The notes below the pieces were generated by a model, which saw only the letters and a list, made by a program, of their open reading frames with translations, did not search any database and was not told the origin of the DNA. The position numbers were made by a program, and so were the translations under genes. A stretch of 64,000 nucleotides of DNA, taken from NCBI GenBank assembly GCA_017469565.1, contig JAFUGC010000051.1:11470-75469 (forward strand), in the 5' to 3' direction. Shown here in pieces: positions 1 to 9,075 of the stretch; the first letter of the stretch is position 1, and each line of letters starts with the position of its first letter. Source of the DNA: Clostridia bacterium (GTDB lineage: Bacteria > Bacillota > Clostridia > TANB77 > UBA1234).

Positions 1-1
1 G

Positions 2-292
2 TTTGTCAATGCAGTATATGAAGGACAGATTTGGATTCATACTCATACTGCACGCGAGGTGGCTGAAGTCATTGCCCCTTCTTTTCCAGATAGCGATTTG
101 GATGTTTTGGAAAAAGTAGTGCAGAGGTATCTAGATATTGATGCATGGAATCAGACACCTATGATGACGAAAGAGTCTTTTGAACGTATGCAGGATGTCA
201 TTTTTGATGCAGGTGAACTTGCAAAGCGTGTACCATTTGAAGCTATTGTTGTGAATGAGTTCGCTGAATATTCTGTGGATTCTATGAAATGA
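2..292 (+). CDS. C-terminal fragment of an ABC-transporter substrate-binding protein (NitT/TauT, NMT1-like type); the 5' end is outside the window
   Basis: The frame is open from base 2 (FVNAVYEGQIWIHTHTAREVAEVIAPSFP...) with a stop at 290-292. It resembles the C-terminal lobe of sulfonate/nitrate-type binding proteins. A strong hairpin follows. Confidence 0.45.
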   Translation, partial: FVNAVYEGQIWIHTHTAREVAEVIAPSFPDSDLDVLEKVVQRYLDIDAWNQTPMMTKESFERMQDVIFDAGELAKRVPFEAIVVNEFAEYSVDSMK

Positions 293-307
293 AAAATATA
301 GATAGGT

Positions 308-355
308 AACACATTAGGGACGGGGTGACACTTTTTCCTCCGTCCCTAATGTGTT
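308..355 (+). terminator. 16-bp perfect-stem hairpin (AACACATTAGGGACGG / CCGTCCCTAATGTGTT) followed by a T-rich tract. It is a likely terminator and a member of the GGGACG/CCTCCGTC repeat family.
   Basis: Inverted repeat read directly at 308-323 and 340-355. The loop plus right arm share the 16-nt string CACTTTTTCCTCCGTC with the palindrome at 49842-49922. Confidence 0.7.
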
Positions 356-452
356 TACTTTTTCATTTATCTGTTGTAAAATAATTGTGCATGGAAAACT
401 AAATTTTGAATAAAATAGAAATAAAAGAATATTAACACGGAGATGATATTAA

Positions 453-926
453 GTGGGTAAAGGTACTAAAATTGTGGTTGGAATCATGGTTGCACTGATT
501 GCAATTTATGTAATAATAACAGTTTATCAGAATCATGAGGAAATAGAGAATCCAGAAAATACACAACAGGAGGGCGTTAGTGGTGATTCTTTTTCAGATA
601 TCGTTTATACTTTAGAAAGCGGTGATAACACTGTTTCGTTGGTAGCAACTAGTAGTGGAGAAAGAAGTACTACAGATTATAAATTTGAAAATGACAAGCT
701 TTCTGAAATAGTGATAACAGAAGAAATATTTTCAGGCGATTTGGTGAATGAAATTTATGAAGGAATTGTTAGTAATGCTAACTTGAACCAAACATATTCC
801 TCAATAGAAGTTCAGGAGAATTCTATTATTATGAAATTAAAGGATGAGTATGTTGCTACTTTTGGTGAAAGAAGTATGGCAGAAATTTTTGATGAAATAA
901 ATGGATCATTGAGAAACAATGAATAA
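453..926 (+). CDS. Hypothetical membrane-anchored protein (one N-terminal TM helix)
   Basis: GTG start preceded by GGAG. Hydrophobic N-terminus KIVVGIMVALIAIYVIITVY. No recognisable family. Confidence 0.6.
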   Translation: MGKGTKIVVGIMVALIAIYVIITVYQNHEEIENPENTQQEGVSGDSFSDIVYTLESGDNTVSLVATSSGERSTTDYKFENDKLSEIVITEEIFSGDLVNEIYEGIVSNANLNQTYSSIEVQENSIIMKLKDEYVATFGERSMAEIFDEINGSLRNNE

Positions 927-937
927 GGAGAATAAAA

Positions 938-2815
938 ATGTTTAATATTCCTGAAGAACTAAAAAAGCTTCCTGAAAAGCCTGGCGTATATATTATGAAA
1001 GATAAAAATGATAATATTCTTTATGTTGGTAAAGCTGTGGTACTAAAAAACAGAGTTCGTCAGTATTTTCAAAAAACAAATAAAACGGAAAGAATCAAAA
1101 AAATGGTTTCTCAAATAGACCATTTTGAATACATAGTAGTAGATTCTGAGATGGAAGCGTTAATCTTAGAATGTAATCTGATAAAATTACATAGACCTAA
1201 ATATAATGTTTTATTAAAAGATGATAAAATGTATCCTTACATTAAATTAACTTTGAATGAAGATTTCCCAACACTTAGGATTACTAGAAAGAAATTGAAT
1301 GATGGAGCAAAATATTATGGGCCATATACGAATGCCTTTGCCGTGAAGGAAACGGTAGATTTTTTAAATCAAACATTTATGTTAAAACATTGTAGGAAGA
1401 TATTTAAACCGGGTAAATTAGAGTCTCCTTGCTTAAATTATCATATCAAAAGATGCCAAGGAATTTGTGCGGGATATGTTTCTAAGGAGGATTATGCAAA
1501 AACAATTAAACAAGTGATGCTATTTTTGGATGGCAAAGTGGATGACATCTTAAAAGGTTTAAGAGTGGAAATGGAAGAAGCTTCTCGAAACATGAATTAT
1601 GAAAAGGCTGCTAATTTAAGAGATAAAATGTATAGTATTGAAAATCTTTCACAGAAGCAAAAAATAGATAGTTTCCATGAGAATGATATCGATGTGATTG
1701 GCGTGATTAAATCACTAAATAAAGCGTCATTGGAGCTTTTTAGAATTCGTTTAGGAAAAATGATTGGCGGAGAAAATTTTATTTTTGATGATGTCCAAGA
1801 TATCTCAGAGGGAGTTATCATCTCAGATTTTATGAAACAGTTTTACGCTGAGGATAATATTCCAAATAAAATTATTTTTCGATATGAATTTGAAGACATG
1901 GAACTTATTAGACAAAGATTAATGGAGTTGACTAGTGGAAGAAATGTAGAGTTTAAAATTCCACAGAAGGGTGAAAAAATGCGATTTATTGAAATGGCTG
2001 AAAAGAATGCATTTATTTCGCTTCAAAACAAAACTGATGTCATCAAAACAGAAGATAATATGAATAAACTTAGAAAGTTATTAGATTTAAATGAAATGCC
2101 TAGGCGTATTGAAAGTTACGATATATCTAATATCTCTGGTACAGATACTGTGGCAGGGATTATTGTGTTTGAAAATGGAAAGCCTAAAAAGAGTGAATAT
2201 AGAAGAATTAAAATAAAGACTGTGCAAGGGCAAAATGATGTCATGTGCATGAGAGAAACGCTTCTTAGGAGACTTAAATATTGTACACCAGAGTTTCTCA
2301 ATGAAAGTTCTTATCGAATAGAAAATAGTGGAGATGAAAAATTGGTTCCTAAAAAGAATCCATTTGGCCCTGCTCCAAATTTAATTTTGATGGATGGTGG
2401 AATTACACAGGTGAGAGTGGCTGTAGAGGTTTTAGATGAATATCATCTTTCTATTCCTGTTTATGGACTTGTCAAAAATGATAAACATAGAACACGAGGA
2501 ATTGTTGATAGAGATGGAAAAGAGTTTGATGTGTCTGATCCAGATATTATTAATTTTGTTACTTTTATCCAAGATGAAGTCCATAAGACTGCGATAGAAT
2601 ATCACAGAAAACTCAGAGATAAACGTACTTCGCAATCTGTTCTTGATGATATTCCTGGTATTGGAGAAAAGCGTAAACAGAATTTGCTGAAAAAATTTAA
2701 AACGGTGCAAAATGTTTTGAATGCAACAGAGGAAGAATTAGGAATGGTGGATGGAATAGACAAAAAAACGGCAAAGGAAATATTTGTTTTCATTCATTCT
2801 CTTGACACAAAATAA
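938..2815 (+). CDS. uvrC: Excinuclease ABC subunit C (UvrC)
   Basis: N-terminal GIY-YIG module (PGVYIMKDKNDNILYVGKAVVLKNRVRQYF), a UvrC central region and C-terminal HhH. 625 aa, with RBS AAGGAG upstream. Confidence 0.95.
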   Translation: MFNIPEELKKLPEKPGVYIMKDKNDNILYVGKAVVLKNRVRQYFQKTNKTERIKKMVSQIDHFEYIVVDSEMEALILECNLIKLHRPKYNVLLKDDKMYPYIKLTLNEDFPTLRITRKKLNDGAKYYGPYTNAFAVKETVDFLNQTFMLKHCRKIFKPGKLESPCLNYHIKRCQGICAGYVSKEDYAKTIKQVMLFLDGKVDDILKGLRVEMEEASRNMNYEKAANLRDKMYSIENLSQKQKIDSFHENDIDVIGVIKSLNKASLELFRIRLGKMIGGENFIFDDVQDISEGVIISDFMKQFYAEDNIPNKIIFRYEFEDMELIRQRLMELTSGRNVEFKIPQKGEKMRFIEMAEKNAFISLQNKTDVIKTEDNMNKLRKLLDLNEMPRRIESYDISNISGTDTVAGIIVFENGKPKKSEYRRIKIKTVQGQNDVMCMRETLLRRLKYCTPEFLNESSYRIENSGDEKLVPKKNPFGPAPNLILMDGGITQVRVAVEVLDEYHLSIPVYGLVKNDKHRTRGIVDRDGKEFDVSDPDIINFVTFIQDEVHKTAIEYHRKLRDKRTSQSVLDDIPGIGEKRKQNLLKKFKTVQNVLNATEEELGMVDGIDKKTAKEIFVFIHSLDTK

Positions 2816-2885
2816 GTCGAAATTTATAATATTACTAGAGGGTTATAAGTTAGAAGTGAATACTCTTTCATCAAAAGGGTATTCT

Positions 2886-4469
2886 ATGCAAAAGATAAAA
2901 GGGGGTAAAACCGTGGCTTACAGAGAGGAACCAAAGGAAGAGGTAGTAAAATTTCCAGCAATATTGACGAATGAAAAATTAGAGGCTATATATGTTGGTT
3001 TGTTAATATTAAATCCTAAAGGAATAGGCATGTTTTACTTAGAGTATGAGGAATGTCAGTTCTCCGTGCCTTGGATGTTAAATATATATAAAATCGTTTT
3101 ATTTAGAGAAGGACAGTCTTATGCTTCAGAAGCTGCAAAGAGAGGCTTTTCTTTCCCTAAAATCAATGATAAAGTTGATACTTACATGGAAACATGTAAA
3201 AAATATGCATTAGATTCAGAGTATACCATAGAGCAAGCTTATTTTGAAATCAGAAAGTTATTTTTATTAAAGATGAGCTTTGCGAATGCGCCTACAAAAA
3301 CAATTCAGCAAAAAGTTATTGCTATCAAAAAGTATGATAGGTATAACGAAATGGGAATTGATGAAATCATTAATTCTTTAAATCAAATTAGTTTTACAAG
3401 TAGTATCCGCGAAAGTGTCTTAAATGAAGGAATAACAGGGTTTTTGCTAGAAGGAAACAATAACCTAAAAACAGGTATTGCCACTCCTTTTCCAATCCTT
3501 ACAAGAACATTTAAAGGCTTTAGAAAAGGAGAAACTGGATGTTTTGCCATGCCATCTAACGCAGGTAAAAGTAGGTTTATTACAAATATTATTGCTTATC
3601 TTGTTTATGTGGAAAAGAAAAAAGTACTTTTACTATCTAATGAGATGACAGAAGATAAAATGAAGCTTTGCTTAATTACTACCATTCTGAATGCACCATT
3701 TATTCAAAAGCTTCATGGACAAGTATTACATAAGAGAGAGGCTGAGCTCCTTGCCCTTAAATTTAGACCAAATGAGGGAGTAGAAGCAGAACTTGATGAT
3801 AGAGGATTTATTTTAAGAAAAGAAAATGAGACGGATGAAGAATTCTTTCAAAGACTTTCTGAAATTTCGGATGAATTTGTAAAAACAACAACAGCCACTA
3901 ATTGGCTTGAAGAACAAACCGAGGCAAGTATATTTTTTGTACACACATCGGATCATACAAATGATGAACTTAGAAATATTATCATGGATTATTACTATAA
4001 GGAAGGAATTGAGTATTATTTTTATGATACTCTAAAAACAGATATTAATAATATTGGTAATGGGGAAGAGATTAAGAAAACTGCTACTGTTTTATCTACC
4101 TTAGCTCAAAGTTTTAATTTATTTATTGGTTCTACCTTACAGCTTAATGATAATGCTACCACGCCACTGAATATGAGTATTAATGATATCCAAAGTAGCA
4201 GGACAGTAAAAGAGGTATTAGATAATTTATGCTTAATCAAGGAAATTAATAATTCCACCTACGATCAATATGAATACTCTCTTGAAGAAGATGGAGATAA
4301 TGTTCATTATCAGGATCTAGAGGCTCCAGATACGGCGAATACCAAGTATTATGCTTGTGTTGTAGATAAGAACAGAGCGGGATCAAAACCTAAGTTATTA
4401 TTTAAACTAGATCTTGATTATAATATGTGGATTGAAAAAGGATATGTTAGATTAAAGCAACAAGTATAA
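2886..4469 (+). CDS. Divergent DnaB-family (RecA-fold) helicase-like protein; start uncertain (ATG 2886 or GTG 2914)
   Basis: A DnaB-N-like segment (EAIYVGLLILNPKG) is followed by a C-terminal ATPase core with an atypical Walker A (CFAMPSNAGKSRF), a Walker-B-like YYFYDTLKTD and a DnaB-like KNRAGSKPK. AAAGGGGG precedes GTG 2914. The 2784 start in the track overlaps uvrC and is unlikely. Confidence 0.6.
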   Translation: MQKIKGGKTVAYREEPKEEVVKFPAILTNEKLEAIYVGLLILNPKGIGMFYLEYEECQFSVPWMLNIYKIVLFREGQSYASEAAKRGFSFPKINDKVDTYMETCKKYALDSEYTIEQAYFEIRKLFLLKMSFANAPTKTIQQKVIAIKKYDRYNEMGIDEIINSLNQISFTSSIRESVLNEGITGFLLEGNNNLKTGIATPFPILTRTFKGFRKGETGCFAMPSNAGKSRFITNIIAYLVYVEKKKVLLLSNEMTEDKMKLCLITTILNAPFIQKLHGQVLHKREAELLALKFRPNEGVEAELDDRGFILRKENETDEEFFQRLSEISDEFVKTTTATNWLEEQTEASIFFVHTSDHTNDELRNIIMDYYYKEGIEYYFYDTLKTDINNIGNGEEIKKTATVLSTLAQSFNLFIGSTLQLNDNATTPLNMSINDIQSSRTVKEVLDNLCLIKEINNSTYDQYEYSLEEDGDNVHYQDLEAPDTANTKYYACVVDKNRAGSKPKLLFKLDLDYNMWIEKGYVRLKQQV

Positions 4470-4503
4470 ACCGTGAAACAATAGGAAGAAGGGAGGAGAT
4501 TAC

Positions 4504-5247
4504 ATGAAAAAGACAAAAGTGATGATTCTTTTCTCATTAATCTTAATGATTTTTATATTTACTTTTAATATGGTATATGCAGAACGCAAGGATACACCAA
4601 TCAAGAAAGTGGAGGTGTATGATATTGATTATCCATATGAAAATGGCTCAGTATTAGATACTTCAACTAAAATAACGGATTCTTCCTATTCCATTGTAAA
4701 GGATGTTAGCTGGGAAAATACTGGGGCTGGTTTGTATCGAGTAACAGTTACTGTAAGACCATACATTTATTATTTTTATGATGAAAATACCACTGCAACA
4801 TTAAACGGAAACAATGCGGAAGTCTCTATTAATGAGGATGAAAACTTGGAAATCACCTATACTTTTCCAAAAGATGAAAGTGTGATACTTCCAAATAGTG
4901 AGGCTTCATTGAAACATGCTATCATGGTATATAAGCCTACCAACGGGACCATTTCTCCAAGTACCATTAGGGCACCTCACAATAAAAATTTTACTGTTCA
5001 AATTATTCCAGATGATGGATATAGGGTAAAGGATGTTATCGTTGATGGAGATTCTGTGGGGGCAGTGACAGAATATACCTTTAGAAAGGTTACAGAAACA
5101 CACAAGATTAGAGCGGTTTTTGAAAAAATAGAAAATGATACAAACAATCATACGGATGTTTCAGATTCTACAGAAGAATTTAAATTATTTCATTTTCTAA
5201 ATTCTATCATCGATGGGATTGTGCAGGCTTTTCGTATTGCTGAATAG
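4504..5247 (+). CDS. Secreted or anchored protein with a Listeria-Bacteroides (InlB B-repeat-like) repeat domain
   Basis: Signal/TM N-terminus (VMILFSLILMIFIFTFNMVYA). C-terminal segment GTISPSTIRAPHNKNFTVQIIPDDGYRVKDVIVDGDSVGAVTEYTFRKVTETHKIRAVF matches the repeat pattern. RBS GGGAGGAG. Confidence 0.55.
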   Translation: MKKTKVMILFSLILMIFIFTFNMVYAERKDTPIKKVEVYDIDYPYENGSVLDTSTKITDSSYSIVKDVSWENTGAGLYRVTVTVRPYIYYFYDENTTATLNGNNAEVSINEDENLEITYTFPKDESVILPNSEASLKHAIMVYKPTNGTISPSTIRAPHNKNFTVQIIPDDGYRVKDVIVDGDSVGAVTEYTFRKVTETHKIRAVFEKIENDTNNHTDVSDSTEEFKLFHFLNSIIDGIVQAFRIAE

Positions 5248-5259
5248 GGAAAGATAGGA

Positions 5260-5817
5260 ATGCATGAGTATAATAATAAAGACACTGGAAATAATAGGTA
5301 TATGATGATACCTATTATTTTTTTTGTCATGATTAGTATATTTCTATGCTTATTATTCTTCTTAAAGATAAAAGTCACAATATTTTTTCAAGTAAATAAT
5401 TTAGATTTTCAATATCAAATAAGGATTTTATCCAAAAGAATTCATAAGAGATACAGGCTCCAAGAACAAAAGAATCATCAGAATCAAATCAAAAAAGTAC
5501 AAGTATCGAAAACGAAAGAAAAACAGAAAATAAATATACAGAATATACTAAATTTAATTCAAATACAGAATATAAAAGTTTCTGCATATATTGGACTGCT
5601 ATTTATGACACCTACCATTGTTGGTGTTACACTTCTGAATACGTTCATACCAATCCTTTATCATTATTTCTCAAGAGAAGGCAGTAGGCTTTCTTATCAA
5701 GTTTCTCCGGTGTATGATACATTTAGGGTTGATATTTCTGGAGAAATTCATATTTTGATAACACCAATAAAATTTTTTCAGTTGGTGTTGATATTGAGAA
5801 AACGAAATTCTAAATGA
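5260..5817 (+). CDS. ytfI: DUF2953/YtfI-like sporulation membrane protein
   Basis: Membrane N-terminus and Lys-rich middle. It sits immediately upstream of the ytfJ/gerW homologue, as in the B. subtilis ytfI-ytfJ pair. The assignment rests mainly on this synteny. Confidence 0.5.
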   Translation: MHEYNNKDTGNNRYMMIPIIFFVMISIFLCLLFFLKIKVTIFFQVNNLDFQYQIRILSKRIHKRYRLQEQKNHQNQIKKVQVSKTKEKQKINIQNILNLIQIQNIKVSAYIGLLFMTPTIVGVTLLNTFIPILYHYFSREGSRLSYQVSPVYDTFRVDISGEIHILITPIKFFQLVLILRKRNSK

Positions 5818-5882
5818 ATAAAAAACGATGTAGATAGCAATAATAAAATTGGTGAACTGAAAGAAAAAGGAGAGTGTTAATA

Positions 5883-6383
5883 ATGGCTAATCATCCAATT
5901 GAAAGTCTGATGGATTCGGCAATGAGTAATTTAAGAGATATGATAGATGTCAATACAATTGTTGGGGAAGCAATTGAAACGATTAATGGGACGGTAATTA
6001 TTCCTATATCGAAAGTAAGTTTTGGTTTTGCAGCAGGGGGAAGTGAGTTTAGTGGAGACGTGATAGATACTTCTGACCATTTTCCATTTGGTGGCGGAAG
6101 TGGAGCTGGAGTGAATATTACTCCAGTTGGATTTGTCATTGTATCTGGCGGTGAAGAAAATAAATGTCCTAAGTTCATTCCAGTGGATCATTGCAATGCG
6201 ATTGATAAATTACTCGACTATGTTCCTAATTTGATTGACAAAATAGGGGATATTTGTAAAGAAAAAAACACATATTCCTATCAGTTCTATGATGATGATT
6301 CTTGTGAGTGTGAGCAAAATGATAATACTGGCAATACAATGGAAAATGATACAACAGTACAAAAAACGGAAGAACAAAAATGA
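5883..6383 (+). CDS. ytfJ: GerW/YtfJ family sporulation protein with a Cys/Asp-rich C-terminal extension
   Basis: ANHPIESLMDSAMSNLRDMIDVNTIVGEAIE...IIPISKVSFGFAAGGSEF...FPFGGGSGAGVNITPVGFVIV is the family signature. RBS AAAGGAGAG lies 8 nt before ATG 5883. Confidence 0.85.
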   Translation: MANHPIESLMDSAMSNLRDMIDVNTIVGEAIETINGTVIIPISKVSFGFAAGGSEFSGDVIDTSDHFPFGGGSGAGVNITPVGFVIVSGGEENKCPKFIPVDHCNAIDKLLDYVPNLIDKIGDICKEKNTYSYQFYDDDSCECEQNDNTGNTMENDTTVQKTEEQK

Positions 6384-6410
6384 TGAGTGGAAAAAATACT
6401 GATGGGTAAT

Positions 6411-6445
6411 AAAAAAGTGCTGTATTTTCAGGCAGCACTTTTTAT
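6411..6445. terminator. Bidirectional intrinsic terminator between convergent genes
   Basis: Stem AAGTGCTG / CAGCACTT flanked by an A-run and a T-run. Confidence 0.7.
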
Positions 6446-6454
6446 CATTTTCAA

Positions 6455-6886
6455 TTATTTCTTTTGAAGTACAGCAACGATAGCAACAACGGCGATGACG
6501 ATTACAACAGCGATTATTGCTCCGATAACTGTTCCATTTCCTTTTGAACTTGTAGTAGTTGTATCAACATCTTCTGTTGGAGCAGGTGTAACAACCTCTG
6601 TATTTTCTTCAACAGGATCTGTTTCTACTGGTTCAGCAGGAACTTCTCCACTCTCTTCTGTTTCTGTTGGTTCAACAGCTTCTTCTCCAGATGTTTCTTC
6701 TGCAGGAAGTGTTTCATCTTCACCAGAAACTTCAGCAGCTGTAGTTTCTGCATTTTCTTCATTTTCAACAGAAACAGCTGTAACTTCTGGTTCTACAGAT
6801 TCTTCAGTTGCTACTTCACTAGCAAATACAAGAGAGAAAGAGAATATCATAACTAAAGAAATTAATAATGCGATTTTCTTTGCCAT
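6455..6886 (-). CDS. Acidic Glu/Thr/Pro/Val-rich surface protein with a signal peptide and a C-terminal TM anchor
   Basis: Signal-like MAKKIALLISLVMIFSFSLVFA, a long low-complexity acidic region, then GAIIAVVIVIAVVAIVAVLQKK. Confidence 0.65.
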   Translation of the reverse strand: MAKKIALLISLVMIFSFSLVFASEVATEESVEPEVTAVSVENEENAETTAAEVSGEDETLPAEETSGEEAVEPTETEESGEVPAEPVETDPVEENTEVVTPAPTEDVDTTTTSSKGNGTVIGAIIAVVIVIAVVAIVAVLQKK

Positions 6887-7002
6887 GATTAATCAGCCTC
6901 CTATACAAATTTGACAATTATATTTGATATATCGTCAGAGTTATTATATAATAAGAAAAATGGATATGTCAATATATTTAATTAAGAATTTAAGGGGGTT
7001 TT

Positions 7003-7650
7003 ATGAGATTAAAGAAAGTGAAAGATGCTAGAGAAATGGTGGAAGGCTCTAGTTATTATATTAATAATCCTATAGAAAATAGAGGAAAATGGAAAAAAGT
7101 TTTTCAAAACGATAATGATATCCACATAGAAATTGGCATGGGAAAAGGAAAATTTATCATTGAAATGGCAAAATCCAATCCCAATATTAATTTTATTGGT
7201 ATTGAAAAATATGATAGTGTTATGGTAAAAGCCACAAATATGCTTGAAAAAATGGAATTTATGCCAAATTTGAAACTCATATTGATAGATGCAGAGAAAA
7301 TTGAGGATATTTTTTATCAAGAGATTGACAGAATTTATCTTAATTTTTCAGATCCTTGGCCAAAGGCTAGGCATGAAAAACGTAGACTAACTAGTGAAAA
7401 ATTTTTAAGAAGATATGAAAATATTTTTAGAGGTCGTAAGGAAATCGTGCAGAAAACAGATAATCGAACGTTCTTTGATTATTCTTATGAGAGCATAAAG
7501 GCTTTTGGATATATAATTGATTCTGTTACTTATGATTTATATTCCGAAAATGATGCCTCAAATGTACCAACAGAATATGAGGAAAAGTTTCGTAATAGAG
7601 GAATCAAAATTAATAGACTGAAAGCTCATAAGGATTCCAATATGAATTGA
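7003..7650 (+). CDS. trmB: tRNA (guanine46-N7)-methyltransferase TrmB
   Basis: Motifs IEIGMGKGKF and LNFSDPWPKARHEKRRL. 215 aa. Confidence 0.9.
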   Translation: MRLKKVKDAREMVEGSSYYINNPIENRGKWKKVFQNDNDIHIEIGMGKGKFIIEMAKSNPNINFIGIEKYDSVMVKATNMLEKMEFMPNLKLILIDAEKIEDIFYQEIDRIYLNFSDPWPKARHEKRRLTSEKFLRRYENIFRGRKEIVQKTDNRTFFDYSYESIKAFGYIIDSVTYDLYSENDASNVPTEYEEKFRNRGIKINRLKAHKDSNMN

Positions 7651-7668
7651 TATTAAGGAGGAATACAT

Positions 7669-9024
7669 ATGATAAATGTAAATAGAAAGTTATTAATTAT
7701 CATTGCAACAGTAATTAGTATTATGCTAATAATCTTACTAGTAATTGTTTCTAGGAGAGCTGAACCCATTGTGCCTAGAGAAAATGAGAAGTTTCAAAGA
7801 GTTGAAAATAATGATTCCAGCATATTACATTATAATGGTAAAATATACTATATTGATAATTTTTATGAGGAAGGAAAGAACTATTATAAATTAGCGTCTT
7901 TGCCTATTAATTTTGATAATAATATCGAAACAAGTGGCTTAAAGCCTGTAACGCTAATTTCTTTTGGGAATGTGCAGCCATCAAAGATATTAAAAATTGA
8001 TCAGGATATACTTTTTTATTTCATTTCTGGAAATACATATTATTATAGCATCACTGAAAATATTTATGAAAAATTCTGTGATGGTCAGTTGCAGTATTTA
8101 GATAGCGAAAATCTCACATACATTACATTGTACAATGGAAATTTATATAGAGGAAAATATTATGAAAGTACGCTTGCTACAAGAGAAATGAAGATGCTTA
8201 CTTCATCAGCAATGAATAGAAAATATGAAGATGATGAAAATATTTATTACTATGTTTCTATGAACAATGCGCTTTTACTAGGTTTTAACAAGAATGATTT
8301 TATTCTTTCTACTTATGATACCATTGATACTACCCGTTCAGAATTATTAGAGGTTTTCTCAACAGATAAATATGTACTGGTCATTGTAGAAACAGGTGAT
8401 AAACAATATCTTGAAAGAATCAATAAGCAAACAAAAGAAAAAGAAGTCTTTCCATTGAAGGATTTGTATGATGAGATAACATTTGTAAAAAATGCAGAAA
8501 AAAAGAGAAGTACCATCAATGATTTTTACTTGTTTGCAACCAAATCAGAAATTTTAGAAGATGGCACGGAAACAGTGAAAGCTGAAAAATATGTTTATAC
8601 TGATTCGAAAAATTCATTAACCATATATGAGGGGATGGTACCTGGAGATAGTATTGAAAATTATACTCTTACAGCAGATGATAATACTATCACATTATTC
8701 AAAGATGATAAGAAGATTACTTCTATTACATATGCAATGCCTGAAGTAGAAAATATAAAGCTAGAGAATATCGAAATAATTGGGGATTATTTATATTATG
8801 AGATTCGTTTAGATAATATTAAGAATATTCCTATAAGCGAGGATGAGATTTTTCCTGAAGATGATATTGACATGAATGTTGATGTTGATTTTAATGAAAC
8901 ATCTGATGATATTACTACGATAGATACTAGTGATTTGTTTGACGAAGAGCCTGTAAAGGTACAAAATATATTGGCTAGAACAAAGGTTAGTGGTGGAGAA
9001 TCTTATCAAATCAATATTAAGTAA
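7669..9024 (+). CDS. Hypothetical membrane-anchored Tyr/Asn-rich protein
   Basis: N-terminal TM helix (LLIIIATVISIMLIILLVIV) and RBS AAGGAGG. No recognisable family. Confidence 0.6.
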   Translation: MINVNRKLLIIIATVISIMLIILLVIVSRRAEPIVPRENEKFQRVENNDSSILHYNGKIYYIDNFYEEGKNYYKLASLPINFDNNIETSGLKPVTLISFGNVQPSKILKIDQDILFYFISGNTYYYSITENIYEKFCDGQLQYLDSENLTYITLYNGNLYRGKYYESTLATREMKMLTSSAMNRKYEDDENIYYYVSMNNALLLGFNKNDFILSTYDTIDTTRSELLEVFSTDKYVLVIVETGDKQYLERINKQTKEKEVFPLKDLYDEITFVKNAEKKRSTINDFYLFATKSEILEDGTETVKAEKYVYTDSKNSLTIYEGMVPGDSIENYTLTADDNTITLFKDDKKITSITYAMPEVENIKLENIEIIGDYLYYEIRLDNIKNIPISEDEIFPEDDIDMNVDVDFNETSDDITTIDTSDLFDEEPVKVQNILARTKVSGGESYQINIK

Positions 9025-9038
9025 TATTAAGAGCTTTG

Positions 9039-9075
9039 GCGCTCATAAGGATTTTAGCAATTATCTTATGAGCGC
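9039..9075. terminator. Hairpin terminator between convergent genes
   Basis: Stem GCGCTCATAAG / CTTATGAGCGC followed by a T-run. It overlaps the ylbJ stop codon. Confidence 0.7.

Noticed and set aside
2784-2885. The N-terminal extension of the DnaB-like ORF overlapping the uvrC 3' end.
   Set aside because: The translated extension (MFSFILLTQNKSKFIILLEGYK...) is not protein-like, and better start/RBS combinations lie at 2886 and 2914.
6495-6914. A 139-aa plus-strand ORF antisense to the acidic surface protein gene.
   Set aside because: It is a Ser/Thr/Val-rich mirror image of the low-complexity Glu/Thr codons. It has no RBS, whereas the minus-strand gene has a signal peptide, a TM anchor and terminator context.
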